64,000 nt of DNA from Trichoplax adhaerens (lineage: Eukaryota; Animalia; Placozoa): the NCBI RefSeq assembly GCF_000150275.1, contig NW_002060950.1, forward strand, positions 130,679-194,678, in the 5' to 3' direction. The notes under the pieces are model-generated. The model saw only the letters and a program-made list of their open reading frames with translations, did no database searches and was not told where the DNA came from. Positions 56,901 through 64,000 of this stretch are shown here, one piece after another; within the stretch, counting starts at the first letter, position 1, and every line of letters starts with the position of its first letter. A program made the translations under genes and the position numbers.

Positions 56901-59702
56901 CAACGTGAAGTAACAGTAAAAAATAAGGTATTTTATTAGCTTTTTAACAGAAGGCTATTTTAGTAAAGTTTAAATTTTCTTCATATCAAGCAAAGAAATA
57001 CTTTTACGATAGAAATTTGTGTCGACCATTTTAATCTACAGCTTACGGAAATTAGTTCTTATTGCTAATCAGATTACGTTTTATAGAAAGATATGTTCAG
57101 TTTTATTACCGTAGCATGACAAGCTATGATCTACGATGAGATAGTATTCTATGAATGTCGAAAAATTATCAAACCTTTAAAATTTAAAACAACTATTTCT
57201 GATAGCTATCTACACCATACATTAGATTTAGTTGTTTATTGCATTGTACTGATAAGTTTTACTATTAGGTACTTACGTCACTCGTTACTACAATATTTAA
57301 AACAGATTTACGATCAATAGATCCTTCCAATCCAGATTCCTACAATTAAGAAATTTGGGATTAAATTACGGTAATTCGTGACAGATTACAAGAAATAGTT
57401 ATGTTGAAGGATATCAATTTTTAAAAATATCGAAATACCGTGTCTATCGTATCTAAGCTACTTAGCGGATAGGCTGCACAAGAAACTTCACCAAATGTCC
57501 AATACGGCTTGCGCTCAAGTTCTAATATATGTTTTACCATCTATAAACAAATATATTAGTAAGCATTTTTTCCGTCATAATATTTCACTAATAATACCGT
57601 TTTGTTTCATCTGGGAACGAATAGGACTAAGAGAAATATTACTGTAGGTCATATATTTATTGTTGTAAGTTTACCTTTATTTCACCTTAATATTAATAAT
57701 GTTACTCAATCTGACATTTAAAAATATCACTTAGATAATTTAGTATGACCTCTTTATTGCCCATCTTCGCAGCTAGTGTTAAACAATTGTAACCACGATT
57801 ATTCTTTGCATAAATATCAGCACCGTGCTCTAGTGCGAAGTCAAACATTTCCTGTAAAGTTTTTTAGTATAGTTAATATCTATTGTACTGTAAACGCACT
57901 CAATTGCCAGGACATATTACGCAAGTATAAAATGTTCTTTAAACGAAAAGTTAATACATACTGGCAAGTTACGGATTACAGTCAAATGAGCAACAGAATT
58001 TCCGTTAGCATCTTTGGCATTAATATAGGCTCCATGCCTTATTAATAGTTTACATATATCCATCTCTTCTAAACAAGCGGCAAAGGCTAAGGGGTATTCA
58101 CCATAATAGGCGAAGCTAAATGATAACGTAAAAAGTTAGTTTTAATGATTTGTAGTAGTAATGGAATTTTTATAAAATGTATGGCGGGCTAGTATACATA
58201 TACGTAATAAAGGAATTCATAGTGAGTAATTATTCTTTACCCTTCATAATCGGTCTCATCATCAGCCACCGTGACATATTCATAATTTGTATTGCTAACT
58301 CTTTTCATTTTTTGATCTTCTGGAAAAAAGAATTTACCACAGGCAATTTCATTAACAGGAGCATTTAGATCGATTAGAAATTTGGCCAGAAAGAAATCGC
58401 GATTAACTATTGCCATATGTAAAGGTCCTTCACCTATCAAACAAAAATTTAAGTTAAAATTTAATATCATAAAAATGAATCGAATTTTGATAGTTTAAAC
58501 AAAAAAAGTACCTTACAAGATTATTTTATTCTACGATACTAGCTGAGTAAAATCTGTCTATTAGAACTTAAATTGATTACGGAAGGCTGTACTTGAATTT
58601 ACGAAATCAGGTATAGTCAGCATAGGGTTTTTTTGATTCAATATGATTTATAGGGGAATATTATAATTTAGATTCACAAATCTACATATGGTATAGTTTA
58701 CTATTAAAAAGATGAATTTTCAGTTTTCACTCAGGTAATTCTTTACCTTAATTGCTGAAAATTTTGACAATATTCAATTTATTGTAGAATATTAGGACGC
58801 AGGTTGTGCTCAGGGCCGTAATGATCACCTTACCGTAATACTCGTCACCTAGGTAGATATCCATGGCCAACTTAGGAAACACTGCAATTATTCGCCGAGC
58901 TAGATCCGTATGGAAAGGGTTGTTTAAAAGAAGACAAAGATGTACGATGTTTTCGCCAACACTTCCTCGCCTAGCAATATCCCAACAAACTAATCGGCAC
59001 GGATTACCATGTTCATCGTGTTCTACATAAGAATAAATTTAAATTTATCGGAACAGTTTCATAGCTATTCGCAAGTTTTGTAGTTGCCTTTTATTAAAAT
59101 TGCGCTAATATCTTTGATATTACTACGTACAGCATAGCTATTCAAGGCAGGATCATGGATATAACGACAGTACTTAACTGAATTTGATAACTGAAAAATA
59201 AAATAATAACTACAAGTATTTCAGTCCTGAATATAAGTCCGAGATATAGCCTTAATCAGGCTGGTTATTCCGTGAAGACTACATCGTGTGGTAAAATACA
59301 GTATTATTAATTTTCGTATTTACCTAATGATCCTGGATCAATGTCGTGCTGATCCTTAATTATTTGAGTCATACTGTAGTATTTCTTATATTGCAACAAT
59401 TTTCTTTTAGTTTTTCGAACACCACCAAGGCGATAATTTTCACGTTCTTCAACGAGAGTTGATACAGGCACCAGTTTTCCATGACCATCATTGTACAGAA
59501 AAGGTTTTATAGTGTTGCGAAGGAATTGATTAAAATTACTTTGTGTTAACGGATCATCACTTTGATAAATTAATCTAAATTGATCGATTATTTTGCCACC
59601 ACCATGTAGATCAGCCAATTCATACAGCGTTGATCCCCCAGTAGCTTGAGTTTTATCTCCACTGCTAGCAGATAAATGACTTGCAGATGCTCTGTTTCCC
59701 AT
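53946..59702 (-). CDS. TRPV cation channel, Nanchung/OCR-like, many small exons
   Basis: MGN start, [65 protein letters not shown] (ankyrin repeats), [47 protein letters not shown]-box-like EWKRQWA. TAA at 53948-53946. Confidence 0.93.
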
Positions 59703-62700
59703 CTGGTGGATTGTTATAATTGCAATTAATGGAATTTAAATTTATAGTTGGTTACAGTTGACGATATTCTCTAGCTTATGATATTTAGACGACTTTGATA
59801 AAAATATTGTCCTGAAATCCGACGCTAATCAGAAGATACGTGATCGTTAAACATGTGTTACAGAAAGTTATGAGTACACATATATTATATGTGTAATACG
59901 TATATCAAGTTCTCTCTTGCTAATGTAAGGATTCCTAATGAACGTAATACAGGTTAGCTACTTTTGGAAGATTGACTATGATTAACGAGCGCGGTAATAC
60001 AGTATATAAATGGCGAACTGCAGTTCAATCAGTATTCTTACAGGTATGTTGTTTACTGACGAATATCAAAACCAACTTCAACCTGTTTAAATTATGTATA
60101 CTGTACTGTATATACATTTACACCCGGTTGGATCACCATAACTCTAAATTATAAAGTGCATACTTGTTCCCTACCTACGTATATAAAAGTTATCACTCGC
60201 GTATAGAAATGTTATTGTATACGGGTAACACTATATACAGCCATACGTAGAGGATATTATATTATATGTACATAATGCGAAGATTATTCAGTATTCTAAC
60301 AAGCAGCAACAATAGATTGAAGTATAATATTGTACTACATAACTGTATGTATTCATCCCGAATGTAACAGTAAATAATGCTACCGTAGTTCCGTTATGGT
60401 ACGGTAGATCTATTTATTGTGGAATGCAACGCCAGTAGGGCATAGTTAAAATGCTTTTTTCGTTACTAAACATGATTGCTAATACTTATTCTAACACCAC
60501 GGTCGTGCAGATAATTCTGAACCTCTAAATAATGATTCGGTTGCTATGACAATATTATGACGTATGCGGCAGATTTGATTTATTCTTGTTTCTAGCAAAT
60601 ACGCCCATTTAAACTTCAACAACGGGAATATGATCGAAATAAATCACTATTATCGTATGAAATGTTATAATTTAACATTATAGCCACTCTACAGAATTAT
60701 GATATGCGTATACAGTGATAGCGAGTGACATCTGGAATACTGCACCTGTTGAGCGAAATCGTGAACAAAATTATACCTAACTGAGGCACAATAAATTCCA
60801 TATTGAATAATTCCTGCCATCATCGTGAATTCGAAGTTATTATACATCATAATTATATAAGAGATCACAATATTTACCTACGTATACATCATTCCTCTTA
60901 CAGTGCTACTCACTATCAGTACACTGACTGAGTAGTCTATCGATTGATGAAAGAAAGATTTTTGCGTAGTGCCATGTAGGTTTTTGCTTTAGTAGCCATA
61001 TAATTGCATACAGTTATAAGTAATCCTAGCCATTCAGTATGCGGTATACGCCAATAGATCAATTCCAGCATTTGGGTGTTCATAGCTACCAAGAATATCT
61101 TTATGCAAATTTTAATGAACCCTTTATTAATAAGCTGCATTTACTTACTTCAGCCTTTATGATAAATCAAATAAGGGAAATGTATACTCACGACGTTTTA
61201 CTCGTTGCCAAATAACAATCATGCTGCAAATACAGATAACGTAGGTACAATGATATAATAAGTAACATATACGTATATGAAGGCAATGATAATCTTGTAG
61301 CAAACATACGAGCGCATACCTGTAAGTATAAGAGAGGGGTAAACACGGATGATCTATTTCTTCTAGGATAAAGTTAATAGATACTCTTCGGATCGAGCAA
61401 TACTAGCCTACTCTGATTCTGTTGATTTACGACTATACATGTCTTTCTTTCGTTCTTAATATCTAAATAAACTATTCGATATCCTCTAAATATCCTTAGT
61501 ATCCTTCATTGTAGTATAGCTACCATACAGGTGAAATCCTCTAGGTAACAACAATCTTATTGCAGGTATCTTTCCGCAGGTTTTGAAATTCAATGACTTC
61601 ACTTTAACTCTGTATAAAGTATCGTACTTTGATATCATCTTAAAATCTGCAACAAATTGACTAGACTTGGACAAGTTTTATCTAATCAATACAGCATCAC
61701 TACAATTTTACTTATTTCACTCGTTGATAGTTCCCAAAAGATTTTCTCCATGATATGTTGTGACTGGAATAATTTGCATGAGATAAATGCAGCGCAAACC
61801 TTTGCTACAATATCAACGACAAGGATTGCGAATTTGCTTGCTGCAACTAAATCAACTTTTTGTATACCATTTGCATCATCAAAACAGACCAGAATTCAGC
61901 GTGCCACATTTTTAAAGTATACTCAAGTTAGCTGTCCTATTAAGATGAAAGCAATCCCTGCAATCACTAATCGACATGATCGACTGAGATCGGCCAGCCC
62001 ATATATGATATGGTAGCAGACGTCCGTTGAGTTCGGCCATTCATTTTTGCGTTGTTGATTTCTATCTATACTCAGTATATAGTTGACCCAAATTGACCCA
62101 TCTTATATCCGTCCTTCCGAAATCTGACCCACCACTACGACCTCGAGCGAGAGTATGAAAGATCAAGATTTGATACTCAGGTGAGTGTCAATGTTATATA
62201 GAACTCTATGCAACACATGTTGATTATTGAGTTTCATACCGGCGGTAACCACCCTTAGTAAGTACTGATACGGCACTGAAAGTAATAGCAGCATTACCCA
62301 TGTTAGTGAGTAACAAGACGCTACCACAAGAACTTAAAATTTTAATTTTATAATTAGCTAATTTTAATAGAAATAAATCCCCAGCATGAACCCATAATAA
62401 TATAGGAAAAAAGAATCTCCCCAGCACGTTTTATTGCTACTAATTTGGGAACACGAGTGCGGACTTCCCTTTACTCGCAACCCGCCAGGTGTTCGATATC
62501 TTGGCTATTGAATACAGAAAAGTAACTGCAAGACTTGTAGGTTACAGCATGTGGTAGTGAGGATTTATATGCTACCAATCAATGATTGAATTTGCACAAA
62601 GGCTGCCTCGATTTGGTGCAAAATGGGTCAAACTTTTCTGGCAAATTCGTGGAAGGATTACTATGCACTTTCTAAAATTGACCGAATAAAGAAAATTTTG

Positions 62701-64000
62701 AAAAAGTAATCCATTGAAACTGGATACAAAACCCTGATAACACTTGATAATACCGTCGTGCCGAGCTGAAACTATATTACGCGTACTGCTTTTGATCTAG
62801 AAGAGGAAAGTGTATTCAATTGAAAATTAAGTGCAGAGTATTACAAAATTACTTTTATATTTTGCAGTTGCACGCTGTAGAATATTGTCAGTATTGTATA
62901 TACAGCTCAAGTAACATTAGCTTAACTCGCAACATGTACTCAACGGTAATAATTTTTTCTTGATTCAGATAATTCATAAGTTAATTCATCGTTACTATAG
63001 TGTGCAGAACGACGTTAAAAGTCAGTCGTAATTTTGTTCCAGTCCTTTATACAGTAATCTTCTAACCTAACCTGACTGATACAGACACAGTTCAGTACTG
63101 GATTACTTGTAAGCTGTAGCTGCTAATTTAGCAGTCATTTGGCTACAAAGACAACGGTCAATAATTAATTCATCAATAATTATTATTATTTACCCCTACC
63201 AACTGTTTGACGATCTTACGATGAGTGGTAATCATCATAACTCTACTGCAGTTCGATTGGCTTATGGATCTATTGCTTTCTTCTTAACTGCTCTTCATAA
63301 CATATTTATTATATACTATGTGGACCTGTTCATCACTGTATATAAAATCGATCAAGTATCCTTTTGGATAGGGGAGGTACGTTAACTGAGTAAGAATAAA
63401 TGATCTCAATCCTTCATATTATAAATTGACAAATGAAGACTGGTAATGGTTTTAAATATATGATGAATTTAAAATTGAGTTGCTATCTTTCATTGTATAC
63501 GAGTATCAATGCTTGACGTGTTTACTTAGAACATTAACAGTACCTTAGCTATTAAAGTCGATCTAATAGCTACTCCTTTTTATGGCGTCGGTGTTTTAGA
63601 AGTGATACTGTATAGTCTGAGTAGCCAAATCAATGTTGATAGTCAAGACGCCTACATGAGAGAATTCTGAGCTAAGCTATCAACGATGATCCTTACCGGT
63701 TCTAGACTGCCTAGTATAGAAATAATCGCTAGAGTTGATTTAGAAAAGCTATAGTACAGTATATTACTGTAATATGATGTAGGTTGCAAGTTGTAACCCT
63801 CTTAGTGATGTGATAATATCACTCTATAGTAGAGCTCTTTTATACTTGGCGTCAAAATATAGTTCATATACTGCCACATTCGAATATAAGATTCACTTAA
63901 ATGTGGATCCGTTGACTTTCCTTACAATATTGCCTCTAAATTATGTTCCTTTCTAAGAAATATATTTAAAATTTTGCTACTGGTAATAACTAGTGATGTT

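Overview
This is AT-rich, gene-dense eukaryotic DNA with short GT-AG introns and a clearly animal gene set. The compact layout and abundant TACAG/CTGTA repeats suggest a placozoan (Trichoplax-like), which is an inference. Eleven protein-coding genes can be assembled by hand: an EGR zinc-finger transcription factor (-), ornithine aminotransferase (-), a BIN3-like BAR protein (+), an intronless ELOVL elongase (-), sideroflexin (-), SPATA24-like (+), FOXRED1-like (+), a D-amino-acid oxidase (+), UBOX5 (-), TMEM128 (+) and a Nanchung/OCR-like TRPV channel (-). The most striking non-coding signal is a set of islands of mixed TACAG/TACTG pentamers sitting almost only at gene 5' ends. Their unit is exactly the Tc1/mariner (Sleeping Beauty-type) excision footprint TA-CAG-TA / TA-CTG-TA. 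Three 32-44 bp hairpins with CATRG-type ends and 7-8 bp target-site duplications look like P-element excision footprints, and two of them lie in TACAG-rich sequence. Together these suggest promoters built from, or marked by, accumulated transposon scars. Other points of note are ancient EGR-BIN3-SFXN-SPATA24-OAT linkage, a WT1-like one-finger-per-exon EGR structure, and a GC-AG intron. Exon boundaries were read by eye and some may be a few bases off.
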